A stretch of 43,452 nt of DNA. Origin: Psammoneis japonica (lineage: Eukaryota). The DNA lies in contig QPGO01000248.1 of NCBI GenBank assembly GCA_008632985.1, positions 62,001 to 105,452 of the forward strand. The letters are read 5' to 3'. Below the pieces are notes generated by a model, which ran no database searches, was not told the origin of the DNA, and was given only the letters and a program-made list of their open reading frames with translations. This document shows positions 9,386 through 20,293 of this stretch, piece by piece. The stretch's first letter is position 1; every line of letters begins with the position of its first letter. Position numbers and translations under genes: made by a program.

Positions 9386-12300
9386 TCAAACTTCTTTCAT
9401 CGCGATCATGTAGCATGAATTCAATTCCCCATTGACCAGAGGATCCAGGACGTCTGTGATTCTCTCGGCAACGTGTCCCAAGACAACACCAGCAAGAATG
9501 AGCCCAGGAACAACTTCGTCCAAGTCGTCCTCAGCTCTCCTTGTTAACAAAAGAAGCACCAGGTCAACTGCTAGGCTAGCTTGTTCTGCGCTCAGTTCTT
9601 TCTCGCATCTCCGTATCTGAGATGCAAGACTCCCAGCCAACATATTCTTGTATTCAGCCTCGTCATCCTGCTTTCCCATGTAGGGGCTCTCAGATTCAAA
9701 GGATACTGCCACTTCGACAAAATCTGCAAGCTGCAACGTGCCGCAACTATCACATAACGTTGAGCTCTTGCAATCACGGTGAATACAGGAGTTATAATTT
9801 CTATCTCCCAACACAATATGAGCAAGAGCAAAGCATTGTCTCCAACATTGATCACCAGATTTTGAAACGATTGAAAGTAGGAAACGCGAAATCATACCGG
9901 CCATTGTGCTCGTTGTCGTCGTCTCAGAACCATTCCAATCACCGGTGTCGTCAGACTCCAGATCTACGGGGGATTCCCCGTAAGCATTTGCCTCTCCTGC
10001 CACCACAAAGTTCATCTCATTATCTTCGAATCCTGATAGGATAAATAACGAGGCTGCCTCGTATATGGCTTGCTCCTCCAGTTGCCTTTTCCGGCTGTGT
10101 CGTCTCCACAAAAAGGGAAGGAAGAATCTCGAAACCGACGAAGAAGACTCTTCGACCTCCATTTGACGATGGAGTGGAGCTCGACCGACACCTGAATTGG
10201 AGGTGCCCTGTATAGCCGATTCAATCACGAGTGAATGTGTTTCGTCTGCCTCTTCCATTTTGCCCAACGTGTGAGAATGAGAATTCTCGAGCTTTCGGCC
10301 AAAACGAAAGAGGTCCCTTACAAGTTTCCTTTCTTCAAATGAAGCATCAAACTGAGTTGAAATCGAGCACTCAGCATTCCTTTCGAAGCTGTCTAAGCAG
10401 TGATGGAGTAGCTCAATACACCTTTGGTATGTAAAAGGTTTCGATGAAAAGAGCGGAAGAGCTGATGAAGATATCGATAAGGATCCTCTGCGGATACTTG
10501 TGTAATACAGGTCCTGCACTGTCTTCTCTTGACATATCCAATCATCCGAGCTCTTTGGCATCAATTGTGTAGCAGCAATCTCGCTTTCCTCCAAGAGTGG
10601 TCCAGGAAGAGGGAACATGCAATGCAAACAGTGCGGCTCTATCTGTCGCCCTACCCCTAGCATCAACGCAGTGAATCGTAAAGGTGTCACAGAATGTCGA
10701 ACGCATTCAACCAACTCGGAAAAGAGGGACGATGCCAGCGATGATGCACCGGTATCGCGGAAGCTATCACTTGTGTTCGATAGAATTTCGACGGCGCGTA
10801 GGGTGAGCATCTTGAGTCCACTCAGAACGGTTCCTACGTTCTCGTCATCGCGAAGACGTGATAAAGCATAATTCTTCAACGCCTGTCCCAAACAAACAAG
10901 TATCAGTATAGACAATTACCTCATATAAAAGCAACGAAAACTCGTCATTATTGCAACTCACCTCAACGTTTATGTGCTTAGGCAGTGCTGCTTCTTCAGC
11001 GTCTGCATAATTGCTTTTCAATCCTGCCGAGGCTAGCACTGCAACAAAAATGGATAAAGCGAATGCAGGCGGGGCCAAAACAAATTCGCCAATGGAAAGC
11101 ACCTCATGATCCAAAAACCGCGGTGGGAATAAACTAGCGTCAAACTGTTTGGGATTCATCATGTTGAAACTTCGAGAGACTTGTCCCGCACTGAGCATGC
11201 ATCCAAAGGATGAAATTGGTGAGTTCCCCAATGTGAATTCACGCCTATTGGCCGTAGACAAATCGCCAATCCAATCCGACGCGTCACCAATTAAACAAAC
11301 CATGCCGTTCAACCCATCCGAGGAGGCTCCAGTATTCCGTACCAAACGCGGAGGTCGCAAAGCTGTCTTCGCGTCAATGAAATACTCTGTGATTTTCTTA
11401 TCAAACGGGACAGATCTTGTATCCCCGCGCTGAAGTAAAGAATTATAAGGAAGCACCGGTAAGCTGTATCTGGCGCGGCAATAACACAGGAGAAACAACA
11501 CGCTTCCTAACCTTTTCCGCGAACAGTATCGGTTGGTGTCGCTCGTCAAGATATGGGACCGACCAGCTCAAAAGGCTGCCGTCACATAACTCGAGGGCCC
11601 AAACAAACAAACTATCAAATGGCGGAGAGCGGTCTGTATCATTATTGTGGAAGATATTGTGAGATCCACTTATTACATCGCACAACCAATATTTTGAAAG
11701 CTGCGATGAAGAAGCTCTTTGGTTCCGATCGGCGGTGACATCAAGAAAGACAGGAGAGCAACATCTTGGGCCCGACGCCGTAACTATCACAGAATCAAGC
11801 CCATAGCCAGGCGTTCTCATTACACCTAAAGTCGCAACAAATTTATTATCTTGATTCTCGCCTTCTGCAATGCGCAAGATGAAAACAAGATGGATCAGAT
11901 TGAAAAACAAATGGTAGCACCCAATACACAAGCTGTTTGACTCACCTGTAGAACCCGTCCCTCGAAGGTCGAATTGAAATGACGCCCCAACAATGAATAC
12001 GGAAGACGTTACTCCTCCCCGCTTCCACCTTTCAAAACTGGCCTCGCCGTCAGAGCACTTTTTACAGAGAACTCGAACATTTCCTTTGCCACGGATATTT
12101 GTGGATACTAAGTGCGATTGATATAAAAGATAGGAAAAACCCCCGCCTGAGCAAGCATCTCCAGAGTGCGATGAAAGGAGAATCATGGCTCTTCGACCGT
12201 GACAAGCAGAAGGTATATCCGATGCAGGCTCATCGAGTATCGAAATGGCATCAAAACTGAAACTCTCCGGCAACCTCACACCCAAAGTGCTTCCTTTCTG

Positions 12301-14726
12301 TTCTATGCTGCTCGTCATGGTCATCAGCTGGCTTCCAATGTCAAGTCTTCCAGACAATTGGAGGACAAGGAGTTAGGAGAGCGAATGGGCCCAGCACACG
12401 CTAGACAATTTCCACATGACTTACCGGCGCCTAGACCAACAAGCTAAATACGTTGGCTTGCCTCCGTTTCCATTGAGATTCACCTGCTCAGATTGTATTA
12501 CAGCTATTAAAATGTCATCCGAAAACGTGTCACTTGTTCTATCAGTACCGCAGGGTTCCCACCACGTCATTGCAAGGACACGGAATCCCTTTTCTTCCGA
12601 TTCACTCCCAAAAAGCCGCCACTTAGGATGAAGCACTGAACATGGTTCTGTTCCTTCTATGGCGTGTCTCGTTCCGAATTTATGTTCAGGTTCATAATTC
12701 ATTCTAGACGTATCACATATACAAAATCCCCTTGAAGCAGCCACCGCAATTGACAATCCTCGCTTCCTTCCAGCTGCAGCAATTACGGGAGCACCGTAAG
12801 CCGCAGTATACGACGGGGGTATCGTCGACTCTTTCCATTCCACTTCACTGTCTTTGGAATTTAACGGCTGAGAGTCGCCAGTGACACAAAACACTTTTTA
12901 GACTTCAACATTCCCTGCAACGGGACTTCTAGACACAGATACTTACATGAGAAATAAACGGAAACGTAACAGAGTTCTCCGACAACATTAACGATGAACC
13001 CTGTACGGCCGCAACATTCGATTGGTAAAGTGCTTCGGGAGGTGAAAGGACTCCGACACGATGGATCTCTTTCCTGATACGGATTCGAAGGTGGTCCGAT
13101 GCAGGGAGACGCGAAACAATATGAACAAGTTGGTTCCCACCGTGTGCATTCCTCGTAAAGTAAAGCTGAGAAATACATTTACCATAAGGAAGTCGTACAG
13201 CGCAGTCTTCTCGGGAGAGCAACGTAAATCCAACAACATTTGTAAGCCAATGCCACACACATACATAAGGTTTGGCAATCAATCGATCGCTTTTTAGAAC
13301 AAAAAGGGCGAAACAGAAGCTCCCGATGAGATGTGACGATGAAATCCAGATGCGGTTCCATACGTTGGTTGTCTTACATGGCGTTCTCATTCCGACGGGA
13401 AAAAATAGCAGAACTAACTGCGAGGCACCCCGTAACCTCATCAAAATGCAGGTTGCATGTTTCGTGCGAAACGACAAACCCACCAACCGATGAACCAAGC
13501 TCATCCACTTCCTGTTCTTCTGCTGCAGTAGGATCAAGCCAGAACGACCCGTGAGCATCCTCTTGTAGTCGCTCGGTTGTCATTGTGAGACTTGTGAGTG
13601 GCTCCGCTGCTCGGTCGTCATAAATGGCCCACACTTGTGCAGCGGTGTGTTGGCCTTCCTGAGGCCGTACAAGCAAAGCCAACAAGTTCCCTCCCAACCA
13701 TTGAAGAGAAAAGAATTGATGATTCTCCTCCTCTTTTGTTGCCATCAAAACTGTAAGAGGGTCGATTTTGACCAAGAGACTCTTGTTCTCACTGTGTTTT
13801 GTTGCGCTGTGTCCGTTCCTTGTTGGGTGTTCTTCGACCTCCACAGTAGTAAGAATAAGATGCGACTCATAGACCAACGCTGCACCGTTTCGTCGAACCA
13901 GCGCTAGCTTGCCCCACGCACTCCCGTCACTACGGTCGGTTCGTTCTGTAATGTGTTTCATAAAAATCACGGTATCCCCACCAAAGGGTGACTGTTCCAA
14001 CACGCCAAAACAAAGTGCTCGTCGATAGGCAATCGCCAAGACACTCCCATCTCGACAACCAGCAAGTAAAACGGATGGTCCTCTCTGTTTGTTGGCCAAA
14101 GCAGCAGCATCGCAAATGGCAGTAATATCCTCAATCGGTGATCCATCCATACTAGCCGTCACGATGCGCGGGTTTGTCGCTACGGGGACAACTTGTTGTG
14201 TGGACACTGGAGAAGCAGCCAAAAAGGACGGACGTGGGGGAGGAGACCTAACTGCACTCAAGCGAGGCTTTCGTAGCTGGAAAATCACAAGTGCAGATTG
14301 ATTCCGGCGAGGGTATGGAATGAGACAGGCTAAACTGAGACCGTCAGAAGAGAATTCAGCGGTTATCTCCGCATCGCACCGCCCAGATGACTTTTTCCCG
14401 TTTGTTGTCGTGGGTAATTTTATGTGATGAATCATTTCGCGATAGTCTGACGAGAAGGGTTGTGCCATTGGAGATACTTGCACTCTCATCTCGGCTACAG
14501 TGTACTCCACAGCGTTGTTGTCAGAACGAACCATGTCATAGTAAGAGACGGACACGGTGGCAGACATCAGTCCATGACCATCCACCGCTACAGCAACAAA
14601 ACAACATGAGTCAATAACGACGGGATCCAACGAAGTTCCATCCTCAGCATTCTCTTCAACAGGGCATGGACGAGCAAGCGGTCTGGACGATGATGAGCGC
14701 CCACCAATGACAATGGGAATGCCCAT
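9386..14726 (-). CDS. RIC1: RIC1 homolog (Rab6/Ypt6 GEF subunit), about 7 exons
   Basis: The ORF pieces join through canonical introns (e.g. ~13377-13291, 12946-12868, ~12424-12348, ~11510-11430, ~10961-10883, plus an in-frame intron near 11945-11865). RIC1-like motifs: PPSYTAAYGAPVIAAAG...IAVAASRGF...KWRLFGSESEEKGFRV and GRQIEPHCLHCMFP...QDLYYTSIRRGSLSISSSAL...LVRDLFRFG. The start codon is uncertain. Confidence 0.82.
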
Positions 14727-15277
14727 ATTCAACGAGTCGATCGACCCGTCGGCCCACCAAGTTCACGAAAGGTCACTCCGTACATGCAGTAAGAGGTACC
14801 GGTAGGCGTTGACTGCGGCCGCTTCTGCAGGAGAGAAACAAGTCGAGATGCAACCTAGAACCTCTAGAGGTCTAGCGTACTATTTTCACCTTCACCTTCC
14901 CGGCTTCTTCAGTTGCTCTCTTTGTACCTGGTACCTGTTGCGGTCGATATAAGCGAGTAGCTACTCTAAGAGTAGAGGACATACAGTATTCATACATATA
15001 GAGGACACAGACACGGCATGTTCAATGCGTTGCATGTTTCAACAGGCCGCGAAGGGCGAAGGACCGAGGGCTCGAGCGGAGTGCGCATGCCAGCGTTCGC
15101 TCGCGAAAGTGCGCATGAGAAAGCACGGGCGCCCATCGTACAAAATCTTTCAGATCTTTTCTGCCGGTGGATCATGGATCTTTCACTTCGATCTTTCTCT
15201 CATCACTGTTCCATGTTGGCAGCATTCGAAACGGTGACAACAAGCGCCTCCAACATCTACTGTACACACTGACATCA

Positions 15278-16285
15278 ATGATGAAGCTCTTTACCCGTAC
15301 TGTCTTGGCGTCACGTGTTGCTGGCAATGGCAACACATCATCTGGCTTGGGCTTTGGTTGCATGGGAATCACCGCTTTTTACGGTGATCCCATGCCGGAC
15401 GAAAAAGGCCTATCCTTGCTCAAGCAGGTATACGAGAGTGGGTGCCGTCATTTTGACACGGCAGAAGCGTACAGGACAGGAGACAAGTACAATGAAAGCC
15501 TTTTGGGACAATTCTTCAAGGATATTCCGCGTGACTCCTTTACGGTAGCTACCAAGTACATGCCGGCCATGCATGGAAACAAGAACGACTACCAAACAGT
15601 AAAGGAAGCTCTCACAGCATCGTTGGGGAGATTAGGACTTGATTATGTTGATCTTTACTACTGCCATCGAATTACTGATCTTGACGGTGCCATGGATTTT
15701 GCAAAGTCTGCCAAGAAACTCAAGGAAGAAGGTCTGATCAAGGAAGTGGGTCTTTCTGAAATCGGCCCATCGTGGCTAAAGAAAGTACACACGGAGGCGT
15801 GTCCTATTGATGCCATTCAGCAAGAGTGGAGCTTGCTTACAAGGAACCTCGAGGATGAGTTGGTCCCCATGTGTCGAGAGCTTGGTATTCCAATCGTTGC
15901 GTACTCCCCATTGGCACGAAACATGTTGGCGTCAAAGTTAGAGACCGCGCCGAAAGACTGGCGTGAAAAGTTGCCGCGATACCAGTCTCTGTCTGAAAAT
16001 CAAAAGATATCCGACGTTATGGCGGAGATTGCCGCCAAATACGACTGCACACCAGCTCAACTAGCTTTGGCCTGGCTCTTTAAACGTGCAAGCCAAATGG
16101 GTGTGACGGTCGTCCCCATCCCTGGATCAACCAAGGTTGAGCACGCACTTTCTAACATGAAGGCGACGCAGATTGATATTACGGACGATGCTGACATGAA
16201 GGTGCTTGAAGCGTTGGCGGAGCAGGTGATTGGGGCACGTGGAGATGAGAGCTATATTGAATCCGGTTTCGAAAGCAAACAGTGA
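15278..16285 (+). CDS. Aldo/keto reductase (AKR13 / IN2-2-like)
   Basis: GLGFGCMG, FDTAEAY, VATKY, LGLDYVDLYYCHR (D-Y-K-H tetrad), EWSLLTR, AYSPLAR, TPAQLALAW, PIPGS. Confidence 0.95.
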   Translation: MMKLFTRTVLASRVAGNGNTSSGLGFGCMGITAFYGDPMPDEKGLSLLKQVYESGCRHFDTAEAYRTGDKYNESLLGQFFKDIPRDSFTVATKYMPAMHGNKNDYQTVKEALTASLGRLGLDYVDLYYCHRITDLDGAMDFAKSAKKLKEEGLIKEVGLSEIGPSWLKKVHTEACPIDAIQQEWSLLTRNLEDELVPMCRELGIPIVAYSPLARNMLASKLETAPKDWREKLPRYQSLSENQKISDVMAEIAAKYDCTPAQLALAWLFKRASQMGVTVVPIPGSTKVEHALSNMKATQIDITDDADMKVLEALAEQVIGARGDESYIESGFESKQ

Positions 16286-16377
16286 GATCCTGCGCGAGAA
16301 CGTCGCCATGTCTCTGCGTACGTATACCTGTGCCCGTCCATTTTCACTTTAGTTTTGCAAAGCTATAGCTTGCTTGA

Positions 16378-17856
16378 TTAGATCCAACTCCACCAACTTT
16401 TCGCTTGTTCCTCCTCTTTTGCCTTTTGTTTTTCTGCCCTTTTTCGTACAGTGTTCAACTGACCCAAAAAATCGTTCGCCTTGACAAAACGCTGCTTCTT
16501 GGCCCTCAATTCAATCTGTTTGTTGTTGGCAGTATGGTAAATAAGATGCCTGGAAAACAAATCAGGATTGAGACTCACAATGCGTTGCAAGTTACAGCTG
16601 GAGGATTGCGAGATTTGAAGCCCACCGGACCAGTATTCTACATTCTTTCCGTACAAACCATCGTCCTTGAAAACAGGCTGATCAAATGGTGGCAGAAAGC
16701 CCCCTTTGCATTGAGTTGTATGCCATTCCCATATCTGCGACCGAGTTGCCATCCAGCCTCCCTGATTCGAAATGAACCATGGCTCACCCTCAAAGGGACG
16801 TCTGAATTCTTTCTCGTAATCCCCATCTCTTCCTGACCAATAGTCTCCAATGAGTTCATTGTCGTCCATAAATTTTGCTCGGTTACCACGATGAAGCATC
16901 ACCCAAGATAAGGGTGACGACTCTGGCATTTGTCGTATACCCAAGGCGCGAATACCGGTTTCCCAGATAAATAATCTGTCGTAGGTTGGTGTTTTTGGCG
17001 CAAACGAGATATTTTTCACGTGGCAACACGTTTGTGGATCGACTTGACGCTCCTCGGTCGTGTTTCCCGAGGCTGTAAATTGTAAATCAATTGGTATGGG
17101 ATCAACTCTAGCTGAAGTTTGAGAAATTTCATTACCCTCCAACAACACCTCCACTCGGATGAAACTCGGGATCATTCTCGAAAGTTGATGTTTGTTGAGT
17201 GGACCGTAAAATCTCTGGGTTATTTGGCGTCTAGTCAGTCTCTGATTCTCCTTCACGCTCTCTGGAGCCTCACTTCTTAGTCGTTCTAACTCATCCGTCA
17301 AAACAAGATATTGATGAACATGTTCCCCCTTGATCAGCATGTCGTCTTCAAACGCCAAGAAGAAATCGTAGTCCAGAAACTTGTCTTTGATGACGTACCG
17401 ATGCTGTCTAGCCAATGATCGTGTCAGTAAGCGTACATGTCCATCATTCTCCCCATTGGGCTCGATATCATAAGTTAAGGGAGTGGCATCTTGCCAAAGC
17501 TCCAGACCCACGGATTCAGGCAATTGGTTTCGGATCATGTCGATGCGCTCTTGTTTCAACGTGTACCCAAGAATCATGTACACATCCACCTGATAGTGAT
17601 ATGGGCTTCAATCATACTTTTTACTCCCTCTCGAAGAACCGGTATCACCAAGTCTCCGAGTCTATCCGTTCCCTTCCTCGTCGCTTTTCTCCCCGTATTG
17701 TACTCATTCATGTCGTCACAACAAAAGCAAGCGGATTGGCTCGTTTGCGTTGCTGTTTGGGAGGACGCCACTGATCTTATTGAAGATTATCAACATACAA
17801 GCCAAACAAGACATTGGACGTCGAACCTGTCGAAGTCTCCCTTTTTGTTTTGTCAT
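16378..17856 (-). CDS. Probable type II membrane protein with EDD motif (GT-A glycosyltransferase-like); 5' part broken by frameshifts near 17720 and 17605
   Basis: MTKQKGRLRQVRRPMSCLACMLIIFNK...RLL, then frame-shifted NEYNTGRKATRKGTDRL...PVLREGVKSM, then VDVYMILGY...LARQHRYVIKDKFLDYDFFLAFEDDMLI...NQGGWMATRSQI...YHTANNKQ in ORF 16378..17589. The function is an inference from the EDD motif. Confidence 0.7.
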
Positions 17857-18224
17857 GTTTGGAAGCTGTATCCTTGCTGCAACACAAACAACACGTAGTC
17901 ATTGTGTTGGTGCTTTTTTCCCTTCAAGTTTTTGGCGCCGCGGTCCGTTAGTACGTCCGTCGAACACTCGTCCGTCAGCCGACCGCTCGTCCGTCAGTCG
18001 CGAAATCATCGCGCATCCGCGCATAAGAAACCCGGAAAACAAATTTTGAAATCTTTCTCACGTCATCGATGACACCAAAAAAGGCAAGGACACGCACAAA
18101 ATGATTCATTATTGCATCTCGCATCCCATCTGGAAGTGATTTGCGTTGTCGCTGCTTCCACACCACTGCTGTTGTGTACATTTCATCGTCCAATATCCTA
18201 TTCTTATCGATCTAAACAGTCGTT

Positions 18225-19261
18225 ATGGTGAGACTGAGTTTTCTTGCGAGTGCGTTGGTGGCTGTTACCGGTTTATTGGCCAGGAGCGATGCTTTTGCCT
18301 CATACCGCCAAGCCCCCGCGATCACGTCAAGTTTGTCCATGAGCAGCGAGGAGTCATTTGTCGCTCGTCGTAACTTTCTTTCTACTGTCAGCACTGCAAC
18401 AATCTCTGCTGCTGTAGTCACAGCCTTTGGAGTTTCATCTCCCGCCTTTGCAAGGTTGGAACCTGTCAACAAGCCGGAGCTGTTGCCCAAGGAAACCGGC
18501 CTCAACGTAATCCAGACGGAAAAGTTTCTGACAACCGGTCAAGCGCGTCGCTTGGACGAATTGTTGAAATCGTTGGAGCGGGATACCGGGTTTCGTCTAA
18601 GAGTGCTATGTCAATCCTACCCAAACACACCTGGACTCGCCATTCGTGATTATTGGGATTTGGGAAAGGAGGCAAGTATAATGTCACGAAGACACCCTTT
18701 GCGATATGACCTCGCATCTACAAAATGTGCCCATACCCATCTAATATTCGTGTTTCCCTTTTTTTCTTTTTGCGACACAGGGTCAAAAAGACGACAAGTA
18801 CATTGTGCTGGTTGTTGATCAATTTGGAGGAAAAGGTACGAAATCTCCTGCGTTTGTGCATGTTCCGTCTGCTATACTCTAACACACCAACATTGAAAAA
18901 CGTTTACGCTGCGCTTTTCTTGAGTTTAGGCAACGCTCTCAACTTCAACGTAGGAGAAGGCGTCAAATTTGCTCTTCCGAATGTGTTTTGGACGAGGCTA
19001 CAAGCTAAATATGGAACGGTAAGCGATTCAACTAGAGATTGTTTGCTCTTGCTCATCTTTGTGTACTGACTGACTCCTTTGGTTACACTAACACATACCT
19101 ACCCAAAAAATCCGCCGCAGACGTTTTACACCAAAGAAAACGGAATCGATTTGGCTATCACAAACGCTGTTGAGGCTATTGTAACATGTCTGCGCTCGGA
19201 GGAGGCGTACTGTGTAAATGTTCCGGACGAGGGAGTCAGCCTAAAGAGTTTAGGAATGTAG
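18225..19261 (+). CDS. TPM-domain thylakoid lumenal protein (TL15.0/MOLO1-like), 4 exons (18225-18671, 18781-18835, 18930-19018, 19121-19261)
   Basis: Signal peptide (SDAF), Tat motif ARRNFL and AxA site (SPAFA). Mature part ...LERDTGFRLRVLCQSYPNTPGLAIRDYWDLG...IVLVVD...NALNFNVGEGV...FWTRLQAKYG...NGIDLAI...IVTCL. Confidence 0.9.
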
Positions 19262-19747
19262 GCGCCTCCAAAGTGAATGGATGAACGAATTGGCTACTCT
19301 AGAGAGGATGTGCACCTTTACAGGCTCCAACGTGCATAACTTTTATTTTAGGCCCTAGGGCCCTAGTATATCTAGTATCACAGCCGCTTTGCTTCTGCAT
19401 TGTACTAAAAGCTGATGTCACTCTATGCTCTGTGGTGAGCGACGAGATGCAAACTGCCTGTTTTAGTTTCTAGTTGTGTTTTTGAAAGCAACTTCGTGTT
19501 TTGAAAGCAAAGCTAAAAGCAACTTTTTCATCAGTTCTCGAGAGCACATCCACCCAATATCTAACGACTGGCGGGCGACGACGTCGATCGATCTTCGAGC
19601 CACCATGGCAGCGATTGAGTGATCGAATCTGAACGTGTGTTGGTACGTCGCATTATATATCCGAAGTAAACATTGTGGATTGTGGCATCAGACGCGGAGC
19701 TCACATTCTTGCTTCGCTGAATTGTTAAGTGTAGGAGTTAGAGAAGC

Positions 19748-20106
19748 ATGTGGATTCACGTTCCCTCGTTCCTTGTTGGCTCAGTTGTGGCTGGGACTGG
19801 GTTTCTGGTAGTGCATCGTGAGCTCTCTCATAGAAACCACCTCTCGAAATGGCCACTGGCCGACAAAGTTAAGGCAGAAGCTCGTAGTATGCTTGCTAGT
19901 CTGAGATCCAACGAGGAATCAAAAGAAGCAAAGACCGAGGTATTTCAATTCTTCCATGTATGCAACTAGCTTTCAATTCTCTTCTGCATGAGCTGACAAT
20001 TTTCGTTCTACATTATATCTCGTCATAGTTTTCTTCGACGAACTCTGTCAAGGCAACGTACAACAAGGGAATTACTTCTCTAAGCGACGCGTTGTCGCGG
20101 CCGTAG
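19748..20106 (+). CDS. Small single-TM protein resembling MICOS subunit Mic12/MIC13, 2 exons (19748-19939, 20029-20106)
   Basis: GTATTT...CATAG intron gives 89 aa: N-terminal TM FLVGSVVAGTGFLVV and C-terminal VKATYNKGITSLSDALSRP. The gene model is well supported; the family call is an inference. Confidence 0.65.
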
Positions 20107-20293
20107 GCGGGGAACGAACTCGAGGCAACTCAACTTGATTGTATTCTGTGATATATGGTACTTGGCTTGGTCCCAGCCTTATCTATATGGAATAACACTA
20201 AAATTTGCTTGTGTTTCTAAGAAATAATCATTTTACAACCGCTATCCCAACACGCAGAGCTATTTGCTATTTCTAAGGTTGAATCGAGTTTAG

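Noticed and set aside
14727..14785. Upstream MYGVTF... start for RIC1
   Set aside because: Out of frame with the main exon and ends in TGA; it would need an unverified indel.
15167..15277. Upstream ATG extending the aldo-keto reductase
   Set aside because: The extension is not clearly a targeting peptide, and family similarity begins near MMKLFTRTVL. Not fully excluded.
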